A stretch of DNA of 64,000 nt from Torpedo marmorata (taxonomy: Eukaryota), in contig OZ360226.1 in the NCBI GenBank assembly GCA_977017645.1, positions 123,566,001 to 123,630,000 of the forward strand, in the 5' to 3' direction. Below the pieces are notes generated by a model. The model was not told the origin of the DNA and did not search any database. It was given only the letters and a program-made list of their open reading frames with translations. Shown here in pieces: positions 46,923-61,049 of this stretch (the first letter of the stretch is position 1; each line of letters begins with the position of its first letter). A program made the position numbers and the translations under genes.

Positions 46923-48481
46923 GAGAGGCGCAGAAAAGGAAAATTGTAATTTTTCCCCTTGGTAAGGATATCAAAATCAAGATGGTACCGGTTTAAATTG
47001 AGAGGGAGGTGGTTAAAATGGATCTGAGTTATATTTTATTTTACCTACATACAGAGTGGTTAAGTGATTTTACTGGGGTTTGTGGCACCTGGAAACAGTT
47101 TGGTTCTTCAACCAATTGGATTGAAGGTTAATCATTAAAATAAATTCTGAACTAAAAAGTACAGATTAGATTTAAAGAATGCACAGAAAGTAGGGATTAG
47201 ATTCAGGGAGCGGGATAAAAGAAATAGGCAGATTACATTCAGAAGACCAATTTCAAACACCAATTTTCTTCATTGAAAAGTAAATCCAAGATCTTCAAAC
47301 TTAAATTTGTCAGGCTAGGTTCAGTAATAGTTAGTAATAACACTGAAAACTCAATTCATGTGTACATGCTGCAGCCATGTTTTTACATGTGGTTTATAGT
47401 GCAAAACCAATGTATAACCTCTCCAAGATCATACTATTGTTTTTATTTCAATGCAGCCCATCAGTAAAAATTAGAACAGCGCATCTTATTTATTTCAGTA
47501 TGCACATATTACAGAAGTTGCTGTCAGATTTTCTTTGTAATAACATTGAGCAATAATAATTGCACCATTACTCTGATCTCAATCTCCACTGTGTCCATTA
47601 TTATTTCATGTTCCTGGAATTTATTCTTCCACAGTCTGGGGAGACTTTTAATTGTTGGTTGCTCAAAAAGCTATTTCGTACAGTTAGAATCTGATAAGGA
47701 TATTGTGCACCCAGTTCAAAGCTTGAATCAACTTTAAGGTATATTTTTAATGGGCGATCAGTACTCCACTTTATTTAGATATAATGACTGCTGTGTCTGT
47801 TTTAGAACTTCAATAACTCCTTTCATAGGAATAGATGATCATGCATGTCAAAGAGTTTCTCCAATCAGTGAGAGACAACCACAGAAGGGAGCATCTAGTA
47901 ATTACTTCAAAAAGTTTGGTATTTTTTCCTAGTTTTTTCATGAGGTCAGGAGGAACATTAATTTGAAAAACATTCACAACTGAAGCTTTTTTCTTTCACT
48001 AATAGATGGAAATTGTGTTGATAAAGTATATTATTTTTCACTAATAATCTTCTTGCAATTGTTCTTTGTACTGATCAACGATCTGTGTTCATCAGAAGCA
48101 AAATCATTTGTGAGATTTCTTTTCGAGTCTGCATGGGCTTGGCATGTGGTAAATGAGATGCACAGATTTGCAAAAGTGGCAACATAACTTTTCCAGGTAT
48201 CATGGTGCAAATTCAAAGCACATAAAAAAGCCCTGTTACAAAGGAGCACTCTCACTTCAACTTAATTCTTCAGAAAGTGCAATACGAGTCTTGTGCAAAA
48301 TCAAGCTAGAAAGAGTTCAGGCAAAATGCTGGACAACTTCATTATTCCATTTATGAAATTATAGAAACTTCAATGTTATGACAGTGTGTATAAAAATAAC
48401 TATCATGCATAATTAGAGTGTATATTTTTACGTAGTTAGAGCCTGAAAGTGTGCATTCTGCATATTTCAAGATTTAAAAAA

Positions 48482-49850
48482 TATAACTGTTATTATTGCA
48501 TTTGAAAATGTTTCCGGTAGAGAATGAGATTCCGTTATTTGTTTTAACACCTCCATATATGGAGGTATCAATAAATCTTTAAATTCCTTATAAAATTCTG
48601 GTGGGAAACCATCCTCCCCCGGAGACTTTCCACTTGTTAAGGAACTAAGAGCATCATTAACTTCTCTCATTGTAAATTATGCGTCTAAAAATTTTTTACT
48701 TTGGATATTTAATCTAGGTAACTTGATTTTAGATTAAAATTCATTAATTTTAGATTCATCTTTATCAGCTTGAGACTTATATAAATTTAAATAAAATTCG
48801 AGGTTTATATGTTATTTTATTTGAATTCTCTTTTATAGCACTTATAGTTCTAGAAATTTGTTCTTTCTTTAGTTGCCACGCTAACACTTTATGAGCTCTT
48901 TCTCCCAGTTTGTAATATCTTTGCTTAGTTCTTTCAATTAACTTTTCCATTTTATATGTTTGTAATGTATTATTATGCAATTTTTTCTTAATTAAATTTT
49001 TTCTCTTTTCTTCTGGTTCCCTTTTCTTGCAAATCTTTCTCCAAAAACTCAATCTCCCTCTCCAAATTATCCAATTCCCGAATATATTCCTTCTTAACTT
49101 TTGCTGAACAACTTATTATTTGACCTCTTAAATAAGCCTTTAAAGCTTCCCAAATAATAAATTTATTATTAGTCGAATTAGAGTTAATCTGTAAAAATTC
49201 TTGAATTTCTCTTCTTATATAATTACAAAAATCCATTCTTTTCAATAAGTAAGAATTAAATCTTCATCTATATATCACTTTTTTTCTTTTTCTGGAATTA
49301 TACATGACATTAAAAGAGGTGAATGATCTTAAATTATTCTAGCTTTATATTGCGCTTGAGTCACCCTCTCTTCTAATTGTGATGACAATAAAAACATGTC
49401 TATTCCAGAATAAGAATCGTCTAAAAGAGTAAAAGGAATAGTCTTTTTCTTTTGGATTCAACTTCCTCCAAATATCTATTAAATTTAAATCTTTCATCAA
49501 AGTAAGAATTATTTTAGCAGTTTTAGTTCTAATAATTGATTTCAATGTTTTATCCATTATTGGATCTAAACAACAATTAAAATCTCCACCAATTAAAATA
49601 TTATCATTTGCTTCCGACAAATGCATAAAAGATTCTTGAATAAATTGTTCATCTTCCATATTTGGCACATATATATTCATAAGTGTTCACATTTCTGAAT
49701 ATATTTGACAATTTATTAAGACAAATCTTCCTGCAACATCTATAACCACAGATTGTATTTTAAAAGGTAACTTTTTATTAATTAATATAGCAACTCCTTT
49801 TGCTTTTGAATTAAATGAAAATGCTACCACTTGGCCAACCCATTCTCTTT
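48482..49850 (-). mobile_element. L1/Tx1-clade LINE, inverted 5' segment (endonuclease to start of RT)
   Basis: Minus ORFs: GVAILINKK...GRFVLI; NIYVPN...ILIGGDFN...LIDIWRKLNPKEKDYSFYS; WEALKAYLRGQII; SGKSPGEDGFPPEFYKEF...FSNAIITVI. Confidence 0.88.
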
Positions 49851-52370
49851 CAACAATAATGCAATAATAAGTTATACCTAAAAAAGATAGATTTGTTGAA
49901 AACAGAATCATATTGACCAACTTCATTGTTAAATGTGGATTATAAGATAATGGTGAAAATTTTAGCAAATAGAGTGGCAAGATATTTACCAGATTTAATA
50001 CATGCAGATAAAGCGGGTTTTATTAAGAATAGATATTCAAAGGATAATATTGCCAGATTGATTAGTTTAATAAATGTGGCACAAAAGAGAGAGGAATTAG
50101 CACTAGTATTAACATTAGATGCTGAAAAGGCTTTTGATAGATTAGAATGGAATTATTTATTTAAAGTGTTGGAAAAATTTGGTTTTGGTTTTGGACAAAT
50201 TTCTTCAAAATTTTTGTTGACTAGGTCAACTAGACAAGGATGTCCTTTGTCGCCAGCATTGTTTATTTTAGCAATAGAACCTTTAGCAGACATAATTAGA
50301 CAAGATATTAATATTGTAGGTATTAAAGTTGGAAAAGAAGAACATAAAATTAGTTTATTTGCAGATGATGTATTGATTTACATGACAAAACCTATTAATT
50401 CTTTAACACAATTGACTGTTTTATTGAGAGAATATGGGGAAATATCTGGTTATAAGATTAATTCTGATAAAAGTGAAATTATGCCATTGACACAAGGAGA
50501 CTATAATAAATGTAAAGAAATTACTCGATTTAAATGGTCAAATAATGGAATTAAATATTTGGGAATAAAAATAGATACAAAATTAGGTAATTTATATAAA
50601 TTAAATTATTTACCTTTAGTTACTAATATTAATAAGGATTTAGAGAGTTGGAAGGATTTACCTATAACTTTAATAGGAAGGGTAAATTGTTATCAAAATG
50701 AATGTTTTTCCAAGAATTCAATACCTTTTTCAATCAATTCCTTATGAAATTCCTCAAAAATTCTTTCAGGATTTAAATTTAATTATTAGGAAATTTTTGT
50801 GGAAGGGAAAGTTGGCCAGAGTAGGTATGGAGACATTAACTTGGAATTATGAAATGGGAGGTTTACAACTTACCAATTTTCAAAATTATTATAAGGCAGC
50901 TCAATTAAAATTCATTAATGAAATGTTTGATTTATAAAAATCTTCTGCTTGAATCAGAATAGAATTAAATAATGTAGGAGAGGATTCGAAAGAAGAAGTC
51001 ATTTATAAATGGAATTCTAAATTATTATTAAGTGGAGGTAAAATTCTCCTATTTTAAAACATTTGTTATAAATATGGAATAAAGTTGATGGGGAGATAGG
51101 AGGGAAAGGGTTAATTTCTTGTAAAATGCCTTTATACCAAAATAAACATCCCATTTACTATTGATAATCAATTGTTTAAAATTTGGTTTCAAAAAGGGAT
51201 TAAAAAAGTAAATGATTGTTTTGAAGCTAGTAAATTTATTACTTTCCAAAGAATGAAAGAAAAGTTTAATGTACTAAATAATACACTTTTTGCTTATTAT
51301 CAAATAAGAGCATTTTTAGTTGAAAAGTTGGGTCATAGTTTAATTTTACCAAGTGAATTGGAATCATTAGTTACTAATGGGGGTATAAATAAATTTATTT
51401 CTCAAATGTATAGATTGTTACAGAAAAAAATACCTAAACCAGGAATTCATAAATCAAGATTAAAATGGGAATCAGATTTGAATGTAATAATAGATGAAGA
51501 ACATTGGAAAGAAATATGTAAACAAAGTATGATGAAAATTATTAATGTTAGATAAAGGTTGGTGCAATATAATTTTTTGCATCAATTATATTTAACGCCT
51601 AAGAAACTAAAGAAATTTAATTCGAGATTATCAGATTTATGTTTTAGATGTAATAGAGAAGAAGGCTCTTTTGTACATTCTACACGGCTTTGCCCAAGGA
51701 TACATGTTTTTTGGCTGAAAGTTTAAAATTTTTTAGACAAAGTATTAAGGATTACACTCCCAATGAATCATTTGATATTTTTGTTTGGAGATATTAGAAT
51801 CAGAATCAAAATTTATTGTCATGAACAAGTCATGAAATTCAGTGTTAATATTAAAAGAATTAGTATTAGAATGAGATTAAATATGTATCAAATAGAATTT
51901 TTGCGAATTGCTTTAGCTGTTTCAAAGAAATGCATTGCTATTACATGGAAGTCTGATGTAGATCTAGGGTTAGAAAGATGGCATGCAGAACTTCGTTCAT
52001 GTATACCACTTGAAAAAATTACTTCTAATTTACGTAATAAATATCACTTCTTTTTGAAAATATGGAGCCCATATATAAAGACTGTGGGTTTAAGGATTTG
52101 AGGATCTCTCGATACCAGATCTGACTGGTGAACCTGTGTTCCACAATAAAATTAATGTATAGCTGTTTTTTTTCTTCTTTAGATTGACATTCTCCGATTA
52201 CTATCTTTTTTTTTCTTTCTTTCTATATATTAGAGTAGTGGGGGTTGGTGGGTTTGGGAGGGGAAAGGGAGGGAGGGAAGGGCGAAAATATATCACATGT
52301 ATTTTGATAATTTTACATTTTATAAATATGTACTATCGTGTGATTTAAAATTTTAAATAAAATTTTAAAA
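49851..52370 (+). mobile_element. L1/Tx1-clade LINE, sense 3' segment (RT, C-terminal Cys/His motif, UTR, A-rich tail)
   Basis: LLNVDYKI, LDAEKAFDRLEW, TRQGCPLSP, SLFADD, IKYLGI, GGLQL; CFRC...H near 51640-51680; A-rich end; candidate 13-bp TSD aagatttaaaaaa (48469-48481) / aagattttaaaaa (52371-52383). Confidence 0.88.
51797..51847 (-). mobile_element. 51-bp Rex1/Babar tail insertion with 6-bp TSD
   Basis: Reverse complement matches the tail at 19928-19975 (aacac.gaatttcatga.ttgttca.gacaataaatt.tgattctga); ATATTA at 51791-51796 and 51848-51853. Confidence 0.8.
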
Positions 52371-52449
52371 AAGATTTTAAAAAGTGATTAAAACAATGCA
52401 GTTCTTACTGGCCTCAAAATGAAAAAACTCATCAGTTATTTATTTGGCT

Positions 52450-52915
52450 CTGATGCATCTCTCCTGTCAACAGACCAAGTCCCCACATGCTTCAAGAAGG
52501 CCACCATCATACCAGTACCGAGGAAAAGCATAATAACGAGGCTGACTACCACCGTCATTAAATACTTTGAGAGGTTGGTCACGGTTCATATCAGCTCTAG
52601 CCTATTAGCCAGCTTTGATCTACTTCAATTTTCCCACCAGCCAAACAGATCCACACCAGATGCCATCTTCCTGACTCTCTACTCGGCCCTAGAACACCTC
52701 GATGCCAAGGACATGCATGTTAGACTACTGTTCATGAACAATAGCTCTGCCTTCAATGCCAGAGTCTCCAGCAAACTCATAACCAAGCCAGAATACAGGC
52801 CTCAGTGCCAACCTCCCCCCACCCCACCCCACCCTTCCTGCAACTGGATCCTGTCTAACTGAATGCAATCAGTGAAGATGGGTAACAACATCTCCTCCAC
52901 AATCACACTCAATGA
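52450..52915 (+). mobile_element. Rex1/Babar RT remnant
   Basis: VPTCFKKATIIPVPRK...KYFERLV...LQFSHQPNRSTPDAI...VRLLFMNNSSAFN. Confidence 0.75.
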
Positions 52916-55411
52916 CCTAGGTTATGGCAATCCCTCCAAAGGTTACAGCAATCAAGTGAAAACTTTCCTAAAATTACTCAAAATCATGGATATTCATCTA
53001 AAGGTGAAAACATGCATTGAAGTTTTCAAGACCATTTCACAAATAAAAAAATAGCATTTTATTGAAAGACATTTCCTTGAGGGTGAAGTATGTCTGACCT
53101 ATGTCATATAGTGCTTCAAATTTGAAGTTTAATAGATGATATCAGCTGCAAAGATTATCTTGCCTCATTTATTCTCCACATGATAGGTGGATATAATGGA
53201 ACTCATTTTTAAATTTATTTCCCATTTTCTTTCTAATTATCTTGTATTTCTACAGAAAGGTTAGTCTCTATGGTAGATAATCCCTCTGTAGTGTGTATAT
53301 TTAATCAATAATACAACCAGTTTAAGGTAAAATAAAACAGATTCAATCATTTTAATCCCAGTTCCAAATTGGAGCTGTAAACTATTAATCTTCCAAATGA
53401 CAACCTACAGTTCTATTTTAACGAAGACTTGAGGTTAAAACGGCCCTTAGGGTAGACCTCTTAAAAGCAATTAGTGGCAGAAAAGAGAGTAAAAATAGTA
53501 CATACGCACAATGAGTATTTTATTCACTAGCCTTAGGAGAGTCAGGTATCAGTGTGCCTGTTTTCATCAAGGACATCTATAAATTAAGAATCAACACAAT
53601 TGTATAATTGCAACCCAGTTAACTAAAATCAATAGCTTAGTGATTTTTCCTCAGAGTTGAAGATTATAGGATATTACAATACAGGGAAGATGAAAGGTTC
53701 ATTCCATCGGCAAGTAATTATGCCACAACAGATTGTTACCATTCATCATTGCTGAAAGATGACACTCACTGCTAGTCAAGGGAAACAGTTGCTCAAATGC
53801 TTCTATCCAGATCAATACCTGCCAGATTTTTTCTCTGGCAAAAAATATACAATAAAAATGTTTCAGATCAATATCAGCACATTAACTGAGGCTTTGGTTC
53901 ACATATTGCAATGTACTGTCATGAAATGTGCATCGACGAGTTTCACAGCATTACACCAAATTGAGATTTCAAGCTTTCCTTGTCCCTTCCACAAATATTT
54001 TATATTCATTCATCCAATAAAGTGTTTACTGTATTAGAAATGAGTGTCCATAGAACCTTAGGTTTCATGAGAAGCAGATTATTGGACAAAAATGGGGTAC
54101 TACCATATAAATAAGAGTCCATGAATAAGAATTGCAATAATTGCATAAACTAAGAACAGCTCATACAAATCAAGAATTGGCCTTGGACCTGAACTTGCTA
54201 CAAGTGCAAGTATCAAATGACAAGATGCCAAGCAATACAAATAACACTGACCTTTGCTGAATCAAAATGAAAATTCAGTAGGAAAAGAACATATGTATTA
54301 AGCTCTTTGCTTGGGTAAAATATATTAAAATACAACATGCTTGCAGTTTCAACTATGGATCACATTGAATTTGAATCTTAGTTTCCATGAAATTCAGACA
54401 CATTAACGTAAATGTCAATCACAGCAATCACTTCCTGATGTCTATGCTTAGGCCTATAACCCAATCTAATAGGTCAAGTAAGGTTAAAAGGGCAAGAAAA
54501 ATCAGCGCTCTAGCAGAAAAAAAAATGGCATCCAATTTTCAAGCTGATTTATCAGTGGAAAGCTCAAATTGATAGTTTGTCCATTAGAGGTAGCAACCTG
54601 TCTAGAAAAGCTGTTAAAAAGCCCTTAGTTTTGATTTAGCAGCATAGATCAATATAAAACCATACTGTTTCAATTTTGCAAACATTGATTTTCTGATATT
54701 ACTTCAATACAGGAGCATAAATCACTAAGGCTGCTTAAATATTTGATCCAATAATAGCAATTTTATAAACTATACATTTTATATTTTGCATCAAAAAATA
54801 GATGGGTTAAACAAATGGTAAGAGTTTAAAACATCCCATGATGGTAGACTTTAAGAATGATTCAGTCACCCACCGGATTTTGCTGTTGAAAATATTCACA
54901 TGGGAAGGCACATTGCTAAGAAATCACAATAAAAATGCATAATAATAACAGGAATTAAGTTGATACAAAAGATTAAGCTTTTCCAAAATGAAAAACAATT
55001 CACTTAAAAATATATTTTTGTTGCAGACTTATATCAGTGCAACTGCAATACTAAAATTATTTTAGTTATTTGTTTTTCAGTATAAGGGGGTCGCAGACAA
55101 AGCCAACACTAATTGCCATTCACAAAGCTATGGTGGGCCACCTTCTTGAATCAAATGCTTCTGGCAAAGATACTCTCATGATCATATTGCACAATTAGGT
55201 ATTAAATTTATTTGTTATGAAATATTTTACATACTACAATAAAGCACATATTACATATACTAATAAAATTCTTCATATAATTTACCTAAAAGCAGCAGCT
55301 CAAAGAAAAATTGTGCCTCTTTAGTAAATATAAACCGAAGCGAAAGAAAAGCTTGCCATTCAGCTCATGAAGCTACTTTTCTATACAGACCATGCACAGA
55401 TCACAACAACT

Positions 55412-58400
55412 CAGTAATAACCCTCAATAACTTCTCCTTTGACTCATCCCCCTTTCTCCGTCAAATGGGTAGCAATGGGTACCCGCATGAGTCCCAGCTA
55501 TGCCTGCCTTTTTGTTGGCTAAGTGGAGCAATCCATGCTAAAAGCCTACACAGGCAAGGCTCCTTAAATCTTCCTCCACTACATTAGCGACTATATCGGT
55601 GCTAACTCCTGCACCCATGATAAGCTTGTTAACTTTATCCACTTTGCTCTTAACTTTTACCCTGACCTCATGTTCACTTGGTCCATCTCTGGCAACACTC
55701 TCCCCTTTCTCGATCTCTCTGTCTCCATCTCGGGAGACAAAAAACTCTCGACAGATATTTTCTACAAACCTGTCAACTCCCAGTGTTACCTTGACTACCC
55801 CTCTTCACATCCTGTGCCTGTAAAGATTATATTCCTTTCTCTCAATTCTTCCACCTCTGTGGCATCTGGTCCCACGATGAGGTCTTCCATTCCAGAACAT
55901 CCAAGATATCCTCCTTCAAAAAATGTGGCTTCCCCTCTACTGCCATCAAATCAGCCATTACCTGATCTAGTCTATTTCCTGCATATCCGTCCTGGCCCCT
56001 CCGCCCCTTGATGCGACAAGGACAAGATCTGTCTTGTCCTCACCTACCACCCCATCAGTCTCCATAGCCAACATATTATCATAAATCCACAATTTCTGCC
56101 ACGTACAATGTGATTCCACCACCAGACACATATTTCCCCCTCCTCCCTCTCCGCTTTCCATAGGGACTGCTACCTCCGGGACTCTCTCAAACACTCATCC
56201 CTTTCCACTAATCGCCCCCTCGGTACCTATCCCTGTTAACGCAAGAAATGCTACACTTGCACGCACACTTCCTCCCTCACCACCATTCAGGGCCCCAAAC
56301 ATTTCTTCCACATGAACTTCACTTGTGAATCTGCAGGGATTCTCTACTGTATTTGGTGCTTCCGTTGTGGCCCCCTCTACATCGGACAGACTGGACACAG
56401 ACTGGAGATTGTTTCGTTGAGCACCTTCGCTCTGCCCGCTGCAATAATGGGGACCTCCCAGTGGCCAAACATTTTAATTCCACTCCCCATTCCCACACCG
56501 ACCTGTCTGTCCTTGGCCTCATGCACTGCCATGCAAATTAGAAGAACAACACCTAATATCCACCTGGGCATTCTCCAACCAAACGGCATTGACATCAACA
56601 TTACCAGTTTCCATAAGGCCCCTCCCCCGTGTCTCTCTCTTTCCCTATCCCTCTGTCTCCTTTCCTCTAGCTCCCACCCCTTCCCTTCCCTCTCCAGTCA
56701 GAGCACTACACCTTCCCCACATCACCTCAGCTTTTTTCTCTTCTGCCCTCCCATCCATACCCACATTTGACAGAACTATTGAACCATAGAACACTAGAGC
56801 ACAGAAAAAGGGCCCATCTGCCCTTCTAGTCTGTGCCGAACCATTTTTTTTGCCTAGTCCCACTGACCTGCACCCAGTCCATAGCCCTCCATACCTCTCC
56901 CATCCATGTACCTGTCCAAATTTTTCTTAAATGTTAAAATTGAGCCCGCATTCACCACTTGCAGCTGGCAGCTCGTTCCCCTCATGTTCCCCCTAAACTA
57001 TTCCCCTTTCACTCTTAGCTCATGTCCTCTGGTTTGTATCTCACCTACCCTCAGTGGAAAAAGCCTATCTACATGTACTCTGTCTATCCCCCTCATAATT
57101 TTAAATACCTCTAACAAATCTCCCCTCATTCTTCTACGCACCAGGGAATCCTAGTAAATCTTCTCTGCCCTCTTTCTATCTTATTGATATCTTTCCTGTA
57201 GTTAGGTGACCAAAACTGCACACAATTCTCCAAATTTGGCCTCACCAATGCCTTATACAACTTAACCATAACATCCCAACTCCTATACTCAATACTTTGA
57301 TTTATGAAGGCCAATATGCCAAAAGCTCTCTTTACAACCCTATCCACCTGTGATGCCACTTTCAGGGAATTACGTATCTGTATTCCCAGATCCTTCTGTT
57401 CTACCGCACTCCTCAGTGCCCTACTATTCACCGTGTACGTCCTTTCTTGGTTTGTCCTTCCAAAATGCAACACCTCACACTTGTCTGCATTAAATTCCAT
57501 CTGTCATTTTTCAGCCCATTTTTCCAGCTGGTCCAGATCCCTTTGCAAGCTTTGAAAACCTTCTTCGCTGTCCACAACACCTCCAATTTTAGTGTCATCT
57601 GCAAACTTGCTGATCCAATTTACCTCATTATCACCCAGATCATTGATATAGATGAGAAACAACAATGGTCCCAGCACCGATCCCTGAGGCACACCATTAA
57701 TCACAGGCCTCCAGTCTGAGAAGCAATCATCCACTACCACGCTGTCTTCTCCCATTCAGCCAATTTTGAATCCAGTTTACAACCTCTCCATGGATACCTA
57801 GTGTCTGAACCTTCTGAACTAACCTCCCATGTGGGACCTTGTCAAAGGCCTTACTAAAGTCCATGTACACAACATCCACAGCCTTTCCTTCGTCAACTTT
57901 CCTGGTAACCTCCTCGAAAAACTCTATAAGATTGGTTAAGCACGATTTACCACACACAAAGCCATGTTGACTATCTCTTATCAGTTTCTGGCTATCCAAA
58001 TAATTGTATATCCGATCTCTTAGAACACCTTCCAATAATTTACCTACTACTGATGTCAGGCTCACCGGCCTATAATTTCCAGGGTTACTTTTGGAGCATT
58101 TTTTAAACAACGGAACAATATTAGCTACCCTCTATTCCTCCGGCACTGCACCTGTGGCTAAGGACATTTTAAATATTTCTGCCAGAGCGCCTGTAATTTC
58201 TACACTAGCCTCCCTCAAGGTCGGAGGGAATATCTTGTCAGGCACTGGGGATTTATCCATCCTTATTTGCTTTAAGACAGCAAGCACTTCCTCCTGTTGT
58301 CCTGTGCTCCTCCCCCTGTCCCTTCTTCCCTCCTCTCCTCTTCCCACCTTTTCATTCAGGTGCCTGGCTGCCTTTTGCTCATACCTTGATGAAGAGCTCA

Positions 58401-58480
58401 GACTCAAAACGTTGGTTACCCTTTGCTTCCAATAGATCCTGTGTGACCTGCTGATTTTCTCCAGCACTTTTGTGTATTGT
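55412..58480 (+). mobile_element. Degenerate Penelope-like element (55412-56770) with its tail (58296-58480) displaced by a CR1 insertion
   Basis: MGTRM.PSYACLF, FTWSISGNTLPFLDLS, FTCESAGILYCIWCFRCGPLYIGQTG; tail with decayed hammerhead catacc-ttgatga-agagctcagactc-aaaacgtt-ggttacc at ~58380-58420. Confidence 0.8.
56775..58295 (-). mobile_element. CR1 LINE, 5'-truncated (RT plus 3' tail)
   Basis: [45 protein letters not shown]; tail at 56775-56900; same subfamily as 26705-28702 and 19973-21237. Confidence 0.9.
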
Positions 58481-58699
58481 ATCTCAGTACTTCATCAATT
58501 GTAATTACACTTTTGATGAATTTTATAATGAGTAAAATGGATTTGGAAAGTGCTAGATAGTAAAATTCTTGAGCTTTGTAAAGTGTTCTGTTATATCCAG
58601 GTGCTATGAAAGACAGTTTCATTTGTCACTGATACCTCTACTTTATTGGAAATATAATGAAGTTTGGATTGTCCTCTGTGTCACTCAACAACGTATACA

Positions 58700-58980
58700 G
58701 ATGCACCAGTGCATCACAGAGTGGTACGGAAGATGTTCCGCCCAAGATCAGAAAAAGCTGCAGAACATGGTGAATGCAGCCCAGAAGGCTACACATACTT
58801 CCCTGCCCTCCATCTACACCTCCTGCTGCATAGGTAAGGCAAACAACATACTGAGGGACCCATCTCACCCTGGACACACTTTCCTCTCTTTCCTCCCATT
58901 GGGAGGAGGTTCAAGAGTGTGAAATCACGTACCAACAGTTTCTTTCCCTTGAGCATAAGGCTACTGAATGAACACCACAA
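58700..58980 (+). mobile_element. Rex1/Babar 3' remnant
   Basis: CITEWYGRCSAQDQKKLQNMVNAAQK...LPSIYTSCCIGKANNILRDPSHPGH. Confidence 0.7.
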
Positions 58981-59429
58981 CAGTACACTTATGCCGCACT
59001 TGCTAAGTAGTAATTGATCTTTTTGCAAATCTATTGCTCTTGTCTTTGCTACAATGACAATGACTTTAAATAGCTTCAAGATCCTTGGGCTTAACTTCAT
59101 ATCTGTTCTGATAACACTGAGCAATCTATTCCAGGCACTCAACCATGCCAGCATCTCATCTTTTTCTTCAGATTGTTCTTTGCTCCTCTGCAATCAAAGG
59201 TGGGCTTTCAGTCTTAGCCTAAGGGCTGGAAATTTAACCCTTGATGCATTTTATGATGCTTTTGAACCCAATTCCTATAAATGACCACAGTTTGTTTACA
59301 CACATCATGAAAACATAATTTTCTTCCTATCTTTGATCACTTTACATGTTTGAAATATATATTATCCTAAAATGAGAATTACAACATATTATGCATGTTA
59401 CAAATGCTTTATAATGTTGACTTAATTGC

Positions 59430-59780
59430 TTGTTATGTTAGTGGTTAAATTCCTGGACTAGCAGCCAGAACAATGGATTATTGATCCAGAGCCATGAGTT
59501 GAATCCCACCATTACATAAATTATCCCATCTGGATAATTTAAATTCAAGTACCAGTAAATTAATCAATTTAGAATTGAAAAACAAATCCAAATCTCAGTA
59601 ACAACAACCATGAAAATGCTGGATTGTTATTATTTTCAAAAACACACATGGTTCACTAATGTCCTACAGGAAAGACTGTCCTCAACTGGTGGGCCGATAT
59701 ATGACTCCTAAGGCACTCACGTCATTGAGACTCAACTGTCTCTTCAATTCAGAGGAAATTGAGGATAGACAATAAACAGC
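59430..59780 (+). mobile_element. Ancient SINE-like repeat (family not assigned)
   Basis: B-box-like gagttgaatccc and core accatgaaaatgctggattgtt...tggttcactaatgtcc, recalled from old vertebrate SINE-like repeats; very decayed. Confidence 0.35.
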
Positions 59781-61049
59781 AGCATAACTAAAACTTATAT
59801 ATGTTCCTGTGAATTCAATGCACAATGACATGCACCAAAAAATTTTCATCCAGATGTCAAGAAGGAAGTTGTATAAATTACAGGTGCAAGTATATATAAC
59901 CTATTCTTTTATTAACCCAGATTTATTAAAATTTCATCTTGAGTCTCATATTTAGCAATGTGATTCTTATTTCAGTTTCTATCTAATTATAATTATATAA
60001 AAATGTCTCACAGAAATTATAAAAATACATTAAATTACTTAACCATTTAAAACCAGGATTCAAAACAAAGGATTGATGAATAACCTCAGTGAAAATGAAC
60101 AACTGTACACAGTGCTGGGCCGAAGGGCCTGTACTGTAATGTTGTATGTTATATAACTTCATATTCTATATATATTTTTGAAATATTGGTAAATGGATTC
60201 AGTTTGTCTTGGAACATCTTTTTAATGCACATTGTGTCTATGAGGCCTTTGAAGTCTCAAATCTGACTTCCTGAAACCTGCTTTGGTCTTGAATATGCAA
60301 TCAATATACTTCAAAAATTGTTACTTTTATCCACTTTTGTACCATTGAAAGCTAATGTCAGACCTTTTTTTTAAAAACTAAAGTTCTTGCATAAGTAACA
60401 TTAAAAAATGGCATCCGCATAAGGAAACTTCAGAGCGCTAAAGGGCTCTCATATTTTACAACAGAAGCAATAATGGAAAAGTTAATGTAGCATTGAATAA
60501 GACTGAGTTGCTTAGCTGCAACAGTGCCTATTACACCTTGAAATTATGTCATTTTTCTTGCCTGGGCATCTTTTACAATGTAAATTAAGACAGGAAAAAT
60601 ACAGACTTAGTATTACTCTAAGCCATTTGGATTACCTTGGAAGTTACTTGGACAAAAATCTCTGGTGAACTATTGGAATTTAGTTAAAAATGTGTCCTCT
60701 TGAATAATCCTCTTAATAGTGCAAATTTTGAATATTACATTGCACGTAGAACTTGGTTTTATCTGAACTTGCAGTGCTACTGTCTGACCTGATATTTTGA
60801 AGATATTTTTTGCTTCCATAAACAAACACCATTCCTCTGCCTACACAAAGAAATACTGCAAAGCCATGAAAATCATTCAACAAATATACTTTTACAATTA
60901 TATTTATGTCTATTTGTTTCATTAACTGCATATGCACAGCATAGAACTGGCAGATCCACATGATACTATATATAAATGATGATGACTACATCTTCAGACT
61001 AATGCAAATCAAAGGATTAGGGGCAGAAACAAGGAATGACCACAAATTG

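Larger units (their letters stand above)
42103..47070 (+). mobile_element. Degenerate CR1 3' fragment split by Gypsy element 2
   Basis: 42103-42449 (...LIEVLKIMR) continues at 46923 (gagaggcgcagaaaagg...tttttcccc...acagagtggtt). Confidence 0.7.
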
